64,000 bases of DNA, taken from the NCBI GenBank assembly GCA_022226955.1, contig CP092079.1, positions 948,015 to 1,012,014 on the forward strand, in the 5' to 3' direction. Positions within the stretch are counted from its first letter, which is position 1, and each line of letters opens with the position of its first letter. Made by a program: the position numbers and the translations under genes. The notes below the pieces were generated by a model. That model did not search any database, was not told where the DNA came from, and saw only the letters and a list, made by a program, of their open reading frames with translations. The DNA is from Nitrospira sp. GTDB lineage: Bacteria; Nitrospirota; Nitrospiria; Nitrospirales; Nitrospiraceae. This document shows positions 25,605-36,258 of this stretch, piece after piece.

Positions 25605-26354
25605 CTACCCATCGGCATGCAGAAAGGCTTTCAGCCTGAGGATGGCTTTGGTGTGAATCTGGCACACTCGGGACTCTGTCACTTTCAACAACTCGCCGAT
25701 TTCCTTCATTGTCAATTCTTCATAATAGTAGAGCGTCAGAACCAGCCGCTCTTTTTCAGGCAGGCCTTGAATGGCTTCGCCGATCGCTTCCCGCTCGCGC
25801 TCGTTCACGAGTGAGGACAACGGATCCGGATGATGCGTATCGGCGAGCATCTTGACGACTTTGTGCCCATCCGGCTCTTGGAGCCCCAAATCGTCGATAC
25901 TGATCATCACGGCCCCACGGGCGCGCGATATAAAGTCGTCGAGTTCATCCAGCGGCATCTTGAGCTCGGACGCCACTTCTTCATCCAACGGCGGGCGCCC
26001 CAATCGATTCAACAGCGTGATATGGGTTTTTTGCAGCAGGCCGATGCGTTCATGCACGGACCGTGGAATCCAGTCCATCGAACGGATTTCGTCCAGCATG
26101 GCGCCGCGAATCCTGAACTCCGCATAGGTTTTGAATTTCGCTTCTCGATTCGGGTCGTATTTCTCCATCGCATCCATGAGACCGATGGTCCCGACGGAAA
26201 TCAAATCTTCGGCATCCAGGTAGGCGGGCAATCGAAAGGCTAGGCGATGGGCCATCGCTCGAATCACATGCGCAAATTCTTTGATCAATTGCTCCCGATG
26301 AGCAGCGCCGCTGGGAATCGCTTGATGGGCACGATGAACTGCCGTTTTACTCAT
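25605..26354 (-). CDS. fliA: Flagellar sigma factor FliA (sigma28)
   Basis: EDLISVGTIGL, FKTYAEFRIRGAMLDEIR, LYYYEELTMKEIG..L.VTESRVCQIH; start MSKTAV. Confidence 0.96.
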   Translation of the reverse strand: MSKTAVHRAHQAIPSGAAHREQLIKEFAHVIRAMAHRLAFRLPAYLDAEDLISVGTIGLMDAMEKYDPNREAKFKTYAEFRIRGAMLDEIRSMDWIPRSVHERIGLLQKTHITLLNRLGRPPLDEEVASELKMPLDELDDFISRARGAVMISIDDLGLQEPDGHKVVKMLADTHHPDPLSSLVNEREREAIGEAIQGLPEKERLVLTLYYYEELTMKEIGELLKVTESRVCQIHTKAILRLKAFLHADG

Positions 26355-26376
26355 AATAAATATGCCTTTGACTCCA

Positions 26377-27243
26377 TCACATGACCGCGGTGGTATGAAG
26401 TAAGCGTTGCCACAACAACTGCACGGCGCTCTTAGGAAAATTCGGCTTCGGCCACTGCACAATTTGCCCAGCAAGCCGCGTCAGCGCCTGGGCTGCCGGA
26501 GAGCCTGGAAACAGCTCCAGCAACGCCTTTTGCTGCTTCACTGCCAGCGGAACATAATCGTCGTGAGGCACATAGCCGACATACTCGAGCACAACATGCA
26601 GGAAGCGGTCCGCGGCGGTGTCGAGTTTTCTGAACACCTCTGCCGCTTCTCGCGGGCTCCTTGCCATGTTAACCAGCACTTTGAAGCGACGTTCACGATA
26701 TTGCCTGGTCAGCACTTTGATCAGCGCATAGGCATCGGTGAGGGAGGTGGGTTCGGGAGACACCACGACAATCGTATCCTGAGCCGAGGACGCGAAGAAG
26801 GTTACATTCGGTGCAATGCCGGCTCCGGTATCGATCAATAACACATCGACGTCACATGAGAGCGCCTCCAGTTGTTCCATCAACAACAGTTGTTGCGATT
26901 CACTCAACGACGTCAGCTGTGGCACGCCTGAGCTGGCAGGCAAGACCCGGATTCCTCCAGGACCATCGACAATGACATCGTCCAGCGTGTGAGTCCCCGC
27001 CAGCACATGCTCGATCGTATGCTCAGGCACTAACCCCAGCAGCACATCCAAATTGCCCAGCCCAAGATCGGCATCCAAGACCAGGACGCGCTTCCCCGTG
27101 TAACTCAATCCCATCGCAATATTAGCGACAATATTGGTTTTGCCGACGCCGCCTTTGCCACTGGCCACGGCAATGACCTGCGTCAGTGAGGAGGCTTGCT
27201 CCGACACGTCCCCTGCCATTGGCGTCAATGATCCGCTCTGCAT
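26377..27243 (-). CDS. flhG: MinD-like ATPase FlhG/FleN
   Basis: SGKGGVGKTN, DADLGLGNLD, IDTGAG, PEPTSLTDAY. Confidence 0.93.
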   Translation of the reverse strand: MQSGSLTPMAGDVSEQASSLTQVIAVASGKGGVGKTNIVANIAMGLSYTGKRVLVLDADLGLGNLDVLLGLVPEHTIEHVLAGTHTLDDVIVDGPGGIRVLPASSGVPQLTSLSESQQLLLMEQLEALSCDVDVLLIDTGAGIAPNVTFFASSAQDTIVVVSPEPTSLTDAYALIKVLTRQYRERRFKVLVNMARSPREAAEVFRKLDTAADRFLHVVLEYVGYVPHDDYVPLAVKQQKALLELFPGSPAAQALTRLAGQIVQWPKPNFPKSAVQLLWQRLLHTTAVM

Positions 27244-27254
27244 GGTCTTTCCTC

Positions 27255-28655
27255 CTACCGCGTAACAGTGTTCATGGTGACTGCATATGGGTTAAGCGAC
27301 GATGACCGCGCCGCCGATGCGGGAGCATCCAATGAGGATCGGAAGGGAACGGTGTACCGGCGTCCGAGCAGCAACTCGGCCAGCCGCTGCGCGCTGGCGA
27401 CTTCAAGGTCCTCTGGAACTCGCTGGCCGGCGCTCCAATAGGACAGCGGAATGCCCGATTGATGACTCAGTTCGTAGAGCGCGCCGAATGCATCCGTTTC
27501 ATCCAGCTTGCTGAACATCAGCCGCAAGAGCGGGAGCGCATGAATCTGCGCCACTTGGCGTTGCAAGTCCTGCTCGCGCGTCGAGGCCGACACCACCAGA
27601 TGCGTTTGCACTTCCGGTTCGGTCTTGAGCAGTTGATGCAGGGTCTGCACCAAGGCCAGATCTTGTTCTCCAAAACCGGCCGTATCGATCAGGATGAGGT
27701 CCGCATCGGCATGCTTGTGGACATAGGCCGCGGCCTGTTTGGCGGAAAAGGCCGATTCGCACGGAATGTCCAGCACGCTGGCATACATCCGCAGTTGTTC
27801 GACGGAAGCCAGCCGGTAGGTATCCAGCGAGATAATGGCGACAGATCTCTTTTCTTCCAATTGATAATGCGCCGCGAGCTTGGTGATAGCCGCTGTCTTT
27901 CCCGCTCCGTTCGTTCCAATCATCATGGCGACCGTGCGGTCGCCCGCGCCGGAGAGCAACGGTCCGCTCACACGGATGTCTTGAGCCAGGCACTTCGTCA
28001 ACGCCTGCTGTAGCTCGCGCGCGTCCGTCGAACCGGACCGGGCCAGTTCCAAACTCAACGACTGCCCAAGCCAGTCTGCGCTCGCGGGACGCACCCCCTG
28101 CGCAACCAGACTGCGGCATAATGACGCGATCGCCGGCTCGGTGTGGTGACTTAAAGATTGCGACGCCTTCGGCAAGGATGCGCCAATCTCTCGGCTCAAT
28201 TCGCGCAATTCCTGACGCAGGTCTTGCAAGCGGCTCTGCTTGATGCCCAATGCCCGCGATGCTGCCGGACGCGCCTGCCGCTGGACCGGAGCGGACGCCG
28301 CCGAATGTTTGAGTCCATTCGATGACGCGGCCGGCGTGGCTAACATGCCCTGCAAGGTCTCACGAAAGACCTCCGGCCCAACCGATTCCGTCCATGTGCT
28401 GGAAGGGGCTGGCGCTTGAGGAGCTGTGCGGGGCTCGCGTGGGGTCGACGTGTCCGGTGCCGGCTTGATTGGCGGCAGCGGATCGTATTCAGCCGCCGCC
28501 ATCACCTCCAACACGGGCTTATTGAAGTAGCTCATCAGACGGCCGCCTTGCTGCACTTCCTTGGAGGAGAGAATGACGGCATCCGGCCCTAACTCTTCTT
28601 TAATCGCCCGAATCGCATCCTGCATGGTCAAGGCATGAAACGTTTTGACTTTCAT
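27255..28655 (-). CDS. flhF: SRP-family GTPase FlhF
   Basis: MKVKTFHA..MQDAI..IKEELGPDAVIL; GTNGAGKT, DTYR, DTAG, SKLDE, GQRVPEDL. Confidence 0.92.
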   Translation of the reverse strand: MKVKTFHALTMQDAIRAIKEELGPDAVILSSKEVQQGGRLMSYFNKPVLEVMAAAEYDPLPPIKPAPDTSTPREPRTAPQAPAPSSTWTESVGPEVFRETLQGMLATPAASSNGLKHSAASAPVQRQARPAASRALGIKQSRLQDLRQELRELSREIGASLPKASQSLSHHTEPAIASLCRSLVAQGVRPASADWLGQSLSLELARSGSTDARELQQALTKCLAQDIRVSGPLLSGAGDRTVAMMIGTNGAGKTAAITKLAAHYQLEEKRSVAIISLDTYRLASVEQLRMYASVLDIPCESAFSAKQAAAYVHKHADADLILIDTAGFGEQDLALVQTLHQLLKTEPEVQTHLVVSASTREQDLQRQVAQIHALPLLRLMFSKLDETDAFGALYELSHQSGIPLSYWSAGQRVPEDLEVASAQRLAELLLGRRYTVPFRSSLDAPASAARSSSLNPYAVTMNTVTR

Positions 28656-28663
28656 CGATTACC

Positions 28664-30766
28664 TCACGACGGTTGCGGAAGTTCTGAATCCAGCCGGATG
28701 GTATCGAGCGACTGCAACCTCACGGCGGCATCGATCTCATTCAGGCCGACCACCGGCACAGAATGCAAAAGCCGGTCCGTCAGTCTTCGCACATGCCGTC
28801 GCACCGCCGGAGAGCAGAGCAGAATCGGCTGCTGGCCGCGCGCAGCCACGCGTTCCGCCGATTGCTTAAGCGCCGTCAGGAGCTTGTGCGACAGCGCGGG
28901 ATCCAGATTCAGCATCGCCCCCTGCGGCAATGTTGACGCTTGCTCGGCGAGCGTCCGGTCGAGGCGCGGATCGAGCGTAATGACCGGGAGCGACCCGTCC
29001 GGCGACTGATACTGCTTAGTAATCGTCCTGGCCAGCGCTTGCCGCGCCATTTCCGTCAACAGCTCGGCATCCTTCGTCGTCATCGCATGATCGGCGATGG
29101 CTTCTAGAATGGAGCGGATATCCCGGATCGGCACCCCTTCCTTCAGAAGGTTGCCCAAAATGCGAACCACTGTTCCCAGCGACACCATGGTTGGAATCAG
29201 TTCTTCCACCAGTTTGGGATGCGTCTTGCCGACTTCGTCGAGCAAGGCTTGCGCTTCCTGCCGGCCCAGTAATTCATGGCTGTGACGCTTGATGATTTCA
29301 GAAAGGTGCGTGGTAATCGCCGAGCTGGCATCGACGACGGTATAGCCGGCCATCTGTGCCTGCTCGCGCTGATCCTCCGCCACCCACAACGCCGGCAATC
29401 CGAAGGCCGGCTCCTTGGTGGGAATGCCTTGCACCATTCCGCGCTGCGCCGTGCCGGGATCGATGGCCAGCACATGCCCTGGGAGCACTTCGGCCTTGGC
29501 GACCTCGACGCCCTTCAGCATGATGGCGTATTCGTTCGGACGGAGTTGCAGATTGTCTCGGATATGAATCGGGGGCACGACAAATCCCATCGACTCGGCG
29601 AACTGCCTCCGCAACCCCTTGATCCGATCCAGCAGCGCGTTGCCCTGTGTGCCTTCGACGAGATTGATCAGCCCATAGCCCACTTGCACTTCCATCAGAT
29701 CGAGCGGAGCGATGTGCGCAACCGGCTCGTCGGTTTTGTCGGCCACCGGCGGCGGCGCCAAGACCTCAGGCGCCTGCTCTCGTTGATAGAGGTGATAGGC
29801 GATCCAACACACGCCGGCGCCGAGCACCAGGAACGCCAAGTGCGGCAACCCCGGCACCAAGCCCAGCGCCAGCAAAATTCCCCCGGCCGTTCCCACGGCT
29901 CGGTGGGAATTCAAGAGCTGGCGAGTCATCTCACCGCCCAGGTCGTTTTCCGATGCGGCGCGTGTGACGATCATACCGGTGGCGGTCGAGACGATCAGGG
30001 CTGGAATTTGCGCGACCAGACCTTCGCCGACGGTCAACAACGTATAGGTTTGCGCTGCCAAGCCAGGGCTCATGCCCTGCTGCAGAATGCCGATGGTCAG
30101 CCCGCCGACGATATTCACCACGACGATGATGACCGCCGCCACCGCGTCTCCTCGAACGAATTTACTGGCACCGTCCATGGCGCCATAAAAATCGGCTTCT
30201 TCCGCAATATCCTTCCGCCGCCGCCTGGCTTCGTCTTCTTTAATGAGACCCGCGTTCAGGTCGGCATCGATCGCCATCTGCTTGCCCGGCATCGCATCCA
30301 ACGTGAACCGGGCGGCGACTTCCGCCACGCGGCCGGCGCCCTTGGTCACCACGACAAAATTGATGATCACCAGAATCGCAAAGACCACAAGGCCGACGGT
30401 ATAGTTCCCACCGACGACAAAGGTTCCGAACGTCCGAATGACTTCCCCTGCCGCCGCGGCGCCTTCATTGCCGTGCAGCAGAATCAGCCGCGTCGAGGCA
30501 ATGTTCAGAGACAGCCGGAGCAGCGTGACCATCAGGAGGATCGAGGGAAAAACCGAAAAGTCCATGGGCCGGCGTACTTGCAGCCCCACCAGTAAAATAA
30601 TGATGGAAATCGTAATGTCGAAACTCAGCAGCAGGTCCAGCAAAAACCGCGGGAGCGGCAACAACATGACCATCAGCACGCCGACCACGCCGACGGACAT
30701 GACAATGTCCGGATGCTTGAGCAGCGGAGGATGTTCGACCGGAGAAACCGTGGTTGGCGATGCCAT
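28664..30766 (-). CDS. flhA: Export gate protein FlhA
   Basis: RVAEVAARFTLDAMPGKQMAIDADL, FYGAMDGASKFVRGD. Confidence 0.97.
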   Translation of the reverse strand: MASPTTVSPVEHPPLLKHPDIVMSVGVVGVLMVMLLPLPRFLLDLLLSFDITISIIILLVGLQVRRPMDFSVFPSILLMVTLLRLSLNIASTRLILLHGNEGAAAAGEVIRTFGTFVVGGNYTVGLVVFAILVIINFVVVTKGAGRVAEVAARFTLDAMPGKQMAIDADLNAGLIKEDEARRRRKDIAEEADFYGAMDGASKFVRGDAVAAVIIVVVNIVGGLTIGILQQGMSPGLAAQTYTLLTVGEGLVAQIPALIVSTATGMIVTRAASENDLGGEMTRQLLNSHRAVGTAGGILLALGLVPGLPHLAFLVLGAGVCWIAYHLYQREQAPEVLAPPPVADKTDEPVAHIAPLDLMEVQVGYGLINLVEGTQGNALLDRIKGLRRQFAESMGFVVPPIHIRDNLQLRPNEYAIMLKGVEVAKAEVLPGHVLAIDPGTAQRGMVQGIPTKEPAFGLPALWVAEDQREQAQMAGYTVVDASSAITTHLSEIIKRHSHELLGRQEAQALLDEVGKTHPKLVEELIPTMVSLGTVVRILGNLLKEGVPIRDIRSILEAIADHAMTTKDAELLTEMARQALARTITKQYQSPDGSLPVITLDPRLDRTLAEQASTLPQGAMLNLDPALSHKLLTALKQSAERVAARGQQPILLCSPAVRRHVRRLTDRLLHSVPVVGLNEIDAAVRLQSLDTIRLDSELPQPS

Positions 30767-30781
30767 GCGAGACCGTCCTTC

Positions 30782-31876
30782 TTATAACTGCCCGGGGTTC
30801 ACGCCCCTGGCCCGGTACACAAACGCCAGAATTTCAGCCACCGCGCGGTACAGGTTCGAGGGGATTTCCTTCCCAATATCGACCAGCCGGTACAACGTAC
30901 GAGCGACCAGCTTATTCTCGACCACCGCCACGCCATGATGCCGGGCCAGCTCGCGAATGCGCTCCGCGACAAACCCGGCGCCTTTGGCCACCACGAACGG
31001 GGCGGCCTTCTGCGTCGCGTCGTATTTCAGCGCGACCGCCAGGTGCGTGGGATTGGTCACCACGACATCGGCCGTCTTCACCGCCTCCATCATGCGTTTC
31101 TTGGCAAGATCGCGTTGCGCGGAACGGATGCGGCCCCGGACTAACGGATCGCCTTCCGATGACTTATGCTCTTCCTTCACTTCCTCTTTGGTCATGCGCA
31201 GATCGCGGGCCCACTCGAACCGTTGATAGATGTAATCCACCGCCGCAAGGACGGCCAATGCGCCCACGACACCCATGGTCACTTTCAGCGTGAGATGCCC
31301 GGCCATATTGAGCGAGGCCAGCAAGTCGTAGTCCATCAATCCCGGCAGCATGAGCAGATCGTGGCGCGCGGTAAAGAACGCCGCCCCCATGATAATGGCG
31401 ATCTTCACCACGCCCTTGACGAGCTCCATTACCGACCTGGCGGAGAACAGCTTACCCAAGCCCGTGATTGGATTGAGCTTGCTAAAGCTGGGCTGGAGCG
31501 CGTTCGGCCTCCACAGAAACCCCGTTTGCGCCAAGGATGCGCCGGTCCCCATGAAGAGAATGACGCCGAGAATGGGAAGGACCAAGATCATGGTCGTCAC
31601 ACTGGTCTGCACGACAATGGTATGGATATGATCCACCGTCAGCGCTTTCCAAAACGTCTCATCGAAGGACAAGGACAACCCCCGCCGCGTCACGTCGGTG
31701 AGCTGCCGCAACCCGATCGGCATGCCAATGGCCAGCACCCCGACTCCTCCGATCAGGACCGCCGCCGTGCCGACATCGCGGCTCATGGCGACCTGCCCGT
31801 CGCGCCGCGCTTCGGATTTGCGCTTTTCAGTCGCCTCTTCTGTGCGACTGCTCTTATCCGACTCCGACTCAGCCAC
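30782..31876 (-). CDS. flhB: Export gate protein FlhB
   Basis: RTEEATEKR, EGDP, VTNPTH autocleavage motif. Confidence 0.96.
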   Translation of the reverse strand: MAESESDKSSRTEEATEKRKSEARRDGQVAMSRDVGTAAVLIGGVGVLAIGMPIGLRQLTDVTRRGLSLSFDETFWKALTVDHIHTIVVQTSVTTMILVLPILGVILFMGTGASLAQTGFLWRPNALQPSFSKLNPITGLGKLFSARSVMELVKGVVKIAIIMGAAFFTARHDLLMLPGLMDYDLLASLNMAGHLTLKVTMGVVGALAVLAAVDYIYQRFEWARDLRMTKEEVKEEHKSSEGDPLVRGRIRSAQRDLAKKRMMEAVKTADVVVTNPTHLAVALKYDATQKAAPFVVAKGAGFVAERIRELARHHGVAVVENKLVARTLYRLVDIGKEIPSNLYRAVAEILAFVYRARGVNPGQL

Positions 31877-32657
31877 GTCCGAGACTCCTCAGTAACGCTT
31901 CAATCGTGAGTTGAAGCTGTTCGAATTCCGACCCGATTAAAGAGATGGTAAACGGCATGCCGAGACTCAGAACGAGCAGCCCTCCGGCGATCGTAATGGG
32001 AAAACTGACGATAAACACCTGCACTTGAGGGACGGCGCGGCCGAGCAACGCCATGAGCACATTAATGAGAAAAATGGTGATCAGGCCCGGCGCGGCTAAT
32101 TTGAGACCGATCGTAAACATCCGCTGCGACAGCAGGAGAATTTCCTCTCCCAGATGCGGCGACAAATGGGCGCCAAACGCCGGGATGGCCTCATAGCTGT
32201 GCAGAATGGTTGCCATCGCGAACAGATGCGCATTCAACGAGAGAAACACCAATGAAGCCAGCATGGTGAAGAACTGCGCCACCATCGGCGTTTGATGAGA
32301 CGTCGTCGGGTCGAACAAATGGACCGCTCCGAATCCCATTTGAATACCCAACAGTTCGCCGGCGACTTCCAATGCGCCGAACAACAAGCGGACCGCCAAG
32401 CCAATCGTCACGCCGATCGCCATCTCGCTGAGCATGCCGCCGACTAAGATCATCGGATCGAGCGACACCCTGGGTATCGAAATCGACGGGGCGAGCATCA
32501 GGCTTAAGGTCAGCACTAATCCCAACTTGACCTTCAGAGGGATCGTCCGTCCGCTAAAGACCGGTAGTGCGGCCAGCAGTCCGCCGATGCGGGACACCAG
32601 GACAAGGAACGCCTGGAATTGCGGCAGAAAAATATGAATCGTCTGCGTCAGTCCCAT
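31869..32657 (-). CDS. fliR: Export gate protein FliR
   Basis: Hydrophobic; AGEL.G.QMGFG, GRAVPQVQVF. Confidence 0.93.
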   Translation of the reverse strand: MGLTQTIHIFLPQFQAFLVLVSRIGGLLAALPVFSGRTIPLKVKLGLVLTLSLMLAPSISIPRVSLDPMILVGGMLSEMAIGVTIGLAVRLLFGALEVAGELLGIQMGFGAVHLFDPTTSHQTPMVAQFFTMLASLVFLSLNAHLFAMATILHSYEAIPAFGAHLSPHLGEEILLLSQRMFTIGLKLAAPGLITIFLINVLMALLGRAVPQVQVFIVSFPITIAGGLLVLSLGMPFTISLIGSEFEQLQLTIEALLRSLGRG

Positions 32658-32663
32658 ACCGTC

Positions 32664-32933
32664 CTAGCGAATGTAGTCAGGAATATTCGTCAAGAGATTG
32701 GTCATGAAACTCGTCATGATGCCCAGCATCCAGGGCAAGAACACCAGAATGGCGCCGAAGAGCGTCAGCACCTTGGGCACAAAGCTCAAGGTCGGCTCAT
32801 TCAATTGCGTCATGGCTTGAAAGGCGCTCACGGCCAGTCCGACCAGCAAGCTCAACCCCAAGATAGGAGCTGAGACTAGGAGAGTTGTTTCCAGCGCTTG
32901 CCGTCCGAGTTCTGTGACCATTTCCGGTGTCAT
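32664..32933 (-). CDS. fliQ: Export gate protein FliQ
   Basis: FQAMTQLNEPTLSFVPK. Confidence 0.95.
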   Translation of the reverse strand: MTPEMVTELGRQALETTLLVSAPILGLSLLVGLAVSAFQAMTQLNEPTLSFVPKVLTLFGAILVFLPWMLGIMTSFMTNLLTNIPDYIR

Positions 32934-32937
32934 AGAA

Positions 32938-33723
32938 TTACTGGAAGCTCCTCACCATTGATCCAACGACGAGGTACCACCCGTCGGCCAGCACAAACAA
33001 AATCAGTTTGAACGGCAGTGAAATGACGGCCGGCGGCAACAGCATCATGCCCATCGACATCAGAATGCTGGCCACCACCATGTCCACGATCAAGAACGGG
33101 ATATAGATCAAGAATCCGATCTGAAAGGAGATGCGCAGCTCGCTGAGAATAAAGGCCGGGATCACCACATGTGTCGGCACATCGGCGATCTTCTCCGGTT
33201 TAGGAATCTTGCTGAGCGAGATAAACAGCTCCAAATCCTTGTCGCGGAGCTGGCGCAACATGAACCCCCTGACCGGCTCAATGCCCTTATTCCAAGCTTC
33301 TTCATACGACAGCTGCTCAGCCAGCAACGGTTGCAGCGCATCGCTGTACACCTGCTGTCCGACCGGCGCCATGATGAACATCGTGAGAAATAAGGCCAGC
33401 GCCAGCAGCACTTGATTCGGAGGAACCGACTGTGTGCCGATCGCTTGGCGGAGGAAGGAGAGCACGATCACGATCCGCGTAAACGACGTGACCATGATAA
33501 AGAGCGCCGGCGCCAGCGAGAGCACCGTCAATAAAATCAGAATCTGGATGACGACGGCCGTCTGCTTGGGCGAATCCGATCCCAAATCGATACTGACCGA
33601 CGGACCTGCAGCCCACGCCGGTTCCGACGCCGCTATCCCAAGACCAAGAAGAATCAGGACTCCCATCGCAACGAGCACGGTCCACGATGTAATCGCACGC
33701 CTCAGGCTATGCATGCGGCCCAC
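32938..33723 (-). CDS. fliP: Export gate protein FliP
   Basis: TSFTRIVIVL...RQAIG.Q..PPNQ, LPFKLILFVLADGW; start may be 33714. Confidence 0.95.
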   Translation of the reverse strand: MGRMHSLRRAITSWTVLVAMGVLILLGLGIAASEPAWAAGPSVSIDLGSDSPKQTAVVIQILILLTVLSLAPALFIMVTSFTRIVIVLSFLRQAIGTQSVPPNQVLLALALFLTMFIMAPVGQQVYSDALQPLLAEQLSYEEAWNKGIEPVRGFMLRQLRDKDLELFISLSKIPKPEKIADVPTHVVIPAFILSELRISFQIGFLIYIPFLIVDMVVASILMSMGMMLLPPAVISLPFKLILFVLADGWYLVVGSMVRSFQ

Positions 33724-34114
33724 CCTGCTTCCCCTGCCCGAACGCGCTGGTCACATCTTGCCACCATTCTCTCGACAGCAGGTTGCAAGGAGAGATGCCA
33801 GACGGAGCGCCGGCCTGACTGGAGGCCGATACGAGTGTTGCCAGCTGTTCCGTGGCATCGATGCGGCCGAGAGGAATGAGCGTCTCTGCCGTCACTCCGA
33901 CGGCAAAATATTGACCGGCAATAGCCACGAGGGCGATGGATTGCCTGGGGGCCAGATAGCTATTCGCCACCACATGAATGAGCGGCGTGCCGCCTGGCGC
34001 GCCGATGCGCTGCGCAAACAGGCGGCGGGCCATCCACGCGACCGCTCCCATCAACAGCAGCACCGCGCCGAGCGCTAGGAGTGTCCGGCCCATGCTCTCC
34101 CATACATCCACCAC
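33707..34114 (-). CDS. fliO: FliO
   Basis: N-terminal TM helix then YL.PRQSIALV...YFAVGVT; lies between fliN and fliP. Confidence 0.8.
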   Translation of the reverse strand: MVDVWESMGRTLLALGAVLLLMGAVAWMARRLFAQRIGAPGGTPLIHVVANSYLAPRQSIALVAIAGQYFAVGVTAETLIPLGRIDATEQLATLVSASSQAGAPSGISPCNLLSREWWQDVTSAFGQGKQGGPHA

Positions 34115-34133
34115 AGTCTCGCGCTCCTCGTTC

Positions 34134-34502
34134 CTAGGCTAGTTGCTTGACGCGTTCCGCGGCGCTCACCACATCGGTAAGGCGAATGCCGAACTTTTCA
34201 TTCACGACAACCACTTCACCTTTCGCCACCAGCTTATTGTTCACCATGACTTCCATCGGCTCGCCGGCCAGCTTGTCGAGCTCGATCACCGACCCTTGCG
34301 CCAGCTGCAAGAGATCTCTGATCGCCATCTTCGTCGAGCCGACATAGATGGAGACTTTCATCGGAATATCGAGGATAAAATCGATATTCTTCGGCTGGTC
34401 CGCCACCGCGGTGTTCGTCACCGGCGGAAACGAGGCCGGCTCCGCGGCGACCGGATCAGGAGTCGTGGTTTCGGCAGCTTGATTGGCATCGTCGTCAGCC
34501 AT
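34134..34502 (-). CDS. fliN: C-ring protein FliN
   Basis: ILDIPM, GSVIELDKLAGEP, GEVVVVNEKFGIR. Confidence 0.95.
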   Translation of the reverse strand: MADDDANQAAETTTPDPVAAEPASFPPVTNTAVADQPKNIDFILDIPMKVSIYVGSTKMAIRDLLQLAQGSVIELDKLAGEPMEVMVNNKLVAKGEVVVVNEKFGIRLTDVVSAAERVKQLA

Positions 34503-34526
34503 TCGGTCCTCTCCCCTTCCTGCGAG

Positions 34527-35510
34527 TTACGCCAGCACCTTCGTGATACGGCAGGCGTGATTGCCCTTGAACACCCCAGGGCTTCCCAGAAACTTCAGAT
34601 AGTCCTCGACATAACATTCCAGCGGATCGCCGGGACGCTGATCCAGCATCACCACATCGCCGGGCGCAAAATTCATCACATCCTGAACCGTCACCGTCGT
34701 CGAACCGAGCTTCACCGCGATCGGCAATTCGCACTCGTGAATCAAGTCGCGAAATTTGCTGTTCCAAGACCCATCCTGTTCCAATTGATCCGATACCAGT
34801 CCCGAATAGAGTTTTTCCTTGATGGGCTCAAGCATCGAATAGGGATACACAATGAACAAATCCCGCGTGGTTTCCCCGATGATGACCTGCAAGGTCACCA
34901 CAATCACGACCTCCGACGACGTGACGACCATGGCAAATTGCGGATTGCTCTCGGAGCGAACATAGTCCACTTTTACCGGCATGATCGCCTGCCAGGCTTT
35001 TTCAAGGTCGGCCAGCGCCAGCATGAGCAGCTTTTTAATCATCCGCACTTGGACGGACGTAAAATCCCGGCCTTCCGGCTTGACGTGGGTCTGGCCTTTC
35101 CCTCCGAAGAAGTAATCGACGAGGAGATAGACGAGAAACGCGTCCATCACAAAGAGCCCGCTGCCGCGCAGGGGCGCCATGTGAAACACATTGAGCGAGG
35201 ACGGCATGGGGATCTTTTTCAGAAACTCGCCGAACTTGATGACCTGCGTGCCGGCAACCGTAAACTCGATCGCTTCGCGAAGCACTCCGGTCCAGGCTAC
35301 GCCTTGGCGGCGCACAAATCGGTCGTTGATCATCTCCAGGGTCGGCATGCGCCCCCGGATAATCCGCTCTTGATTGAGGAGATCGTAGCCCTTCACGCCG
35401 GACGTATCGGCAGGCGCCGCAGCGGCTTCCGGCGGCGCCGTTTCGACCTCGCCGGAGACCACGCCGTTCAACAGCGCATCGATCTCATCTTGTGAAAGAA
35501 TTTTTTCCAT
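34527..35510 (-). CDS. fliM: C-ring protein FliM
   Basis: ILSQDEIDALL CheY-binding peptide; RGRMPTLEMIND. Confidence 0.96.
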   Translation of the reverse strand: MEKILSQDEIDALLNGVVSGEVETAPPEAAAAPADTSGVKGYDLLNQERIIRGRMPTLEMINDRFVRRQGVAWTGVLREAIEFTVAGTQVIKFGEFLKKIPMPSSLNVFHMAPLRGSGLFVMDAFLVYLLVDYFFGGKGQTHVKPEGRDFTSVQVRMIKKLLMLALADLEKAWQAIMPVKVDYVRSESNPQFAMVVTSSEVVIVVTLQVIIGETTRDLFIVYPYSMLEPIKEKLYSGLVSDQLEQDGSWNSKFRDLIHECELPIAVKLGSTTVTVQDVMNFAPGDVVMLDQRPGDPLECYVEDYLKFLGSPGVFKGNHACRITKVLA

Positions 35511-35520
35511 CGTAATCGAA

Positions 35521-36072
35521 CTACTGCACGACGAAATCCGTGAAATAGGCGGTCTTCACGCCCGGCTTGGGGAGCAGGCCATTGATCCGCTGCGTAATCT
35601 CATCCCGGAGCTGAAATTTTCCCTGCGGGCTCCGGATCGTGGCGGAGTCTTTGCTCGACAGCAGCACGAGAATCGCGTCGCGCAATTGCGGAATGCGGCC
35701 GGCAAGGTTCGCCGACACGCCTTCATTCTCCACTTCCAACTTAATGGTCATCTTGAGATAACGAATGTCCGGTGCATCGGCGAGATTCACGATGAACGGG
35801 TCCAGGTCGAACACCACGCCCGGCGCGGCTCCCGCAGCGGCCTTTCCAGACGAGTCGCCGTGCCCTTCCGACTTCCCTCCGGCTTCCGCCGCCTGCTCGC
35901 CGCCCGCTTCTCCGCCGCTATGGCCGCCCATGAATTTCACAATGACAAAGGCGCCGCCGAGCCCGGCCACGAGCGCCGCGGCGACGACGATAATCAGAAG
36001 CTTCATCGGAAGCGCTGGAGCGGGCGCTGCGGGAGCGGCTGGTTCTGGGGTTGCTGCTGCTTCGTCTGACAT
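35521..36072 (-). CDS. fliL: FliL
   Basis: Single TM helix; FIVNLAD...RYLK, LRDAIL.LLSSK, YFTDFVVQ. Confidence 0.93.
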   Translation of the reverse strand: MSDEAAATPEPAAPAAPAPALPMKLLIIVVAAALVAGLGGAFVIVKFMGGHSGGEAGGEQAAEAGGKSEGHGDSSGKAAAGAAPGVVFDLDPFIVNLADAPDIRYLKMTIKLEVENEGVSANLAGRIPQLRDAILVLLSSKDSATIRSPQGKFQLRDEITQRINGLLPKPGVKTAYFTDFVVQ

Positions 36073-36120
36073 ATGGAGACCTCCTCAATTCGCACGCACA
36101 ATTGCCGTCACCGGGGGTTT

Positions 36121-36136
36121 TGCAATGGGTATGCCA
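36121..36136 (-). promoter_or_regulatory. sigma54 promoter of the fliL...fliA operon
   Basis: TGGCATACCCATTGCA, exact GG-N10-GC. Confidence 0.85.
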
Positions 36137-36258
36137 TCTGAGCGCGTGCCGTCTGTTATGGAGTTGGCAGACAACCGCACGCCAAATGCGCAAGATAAGG
36201 AGGCCCTGTGTAAGACAAATGCGAAAGATGGCCCATCGCGAGCTGATCTCTTGACGCT

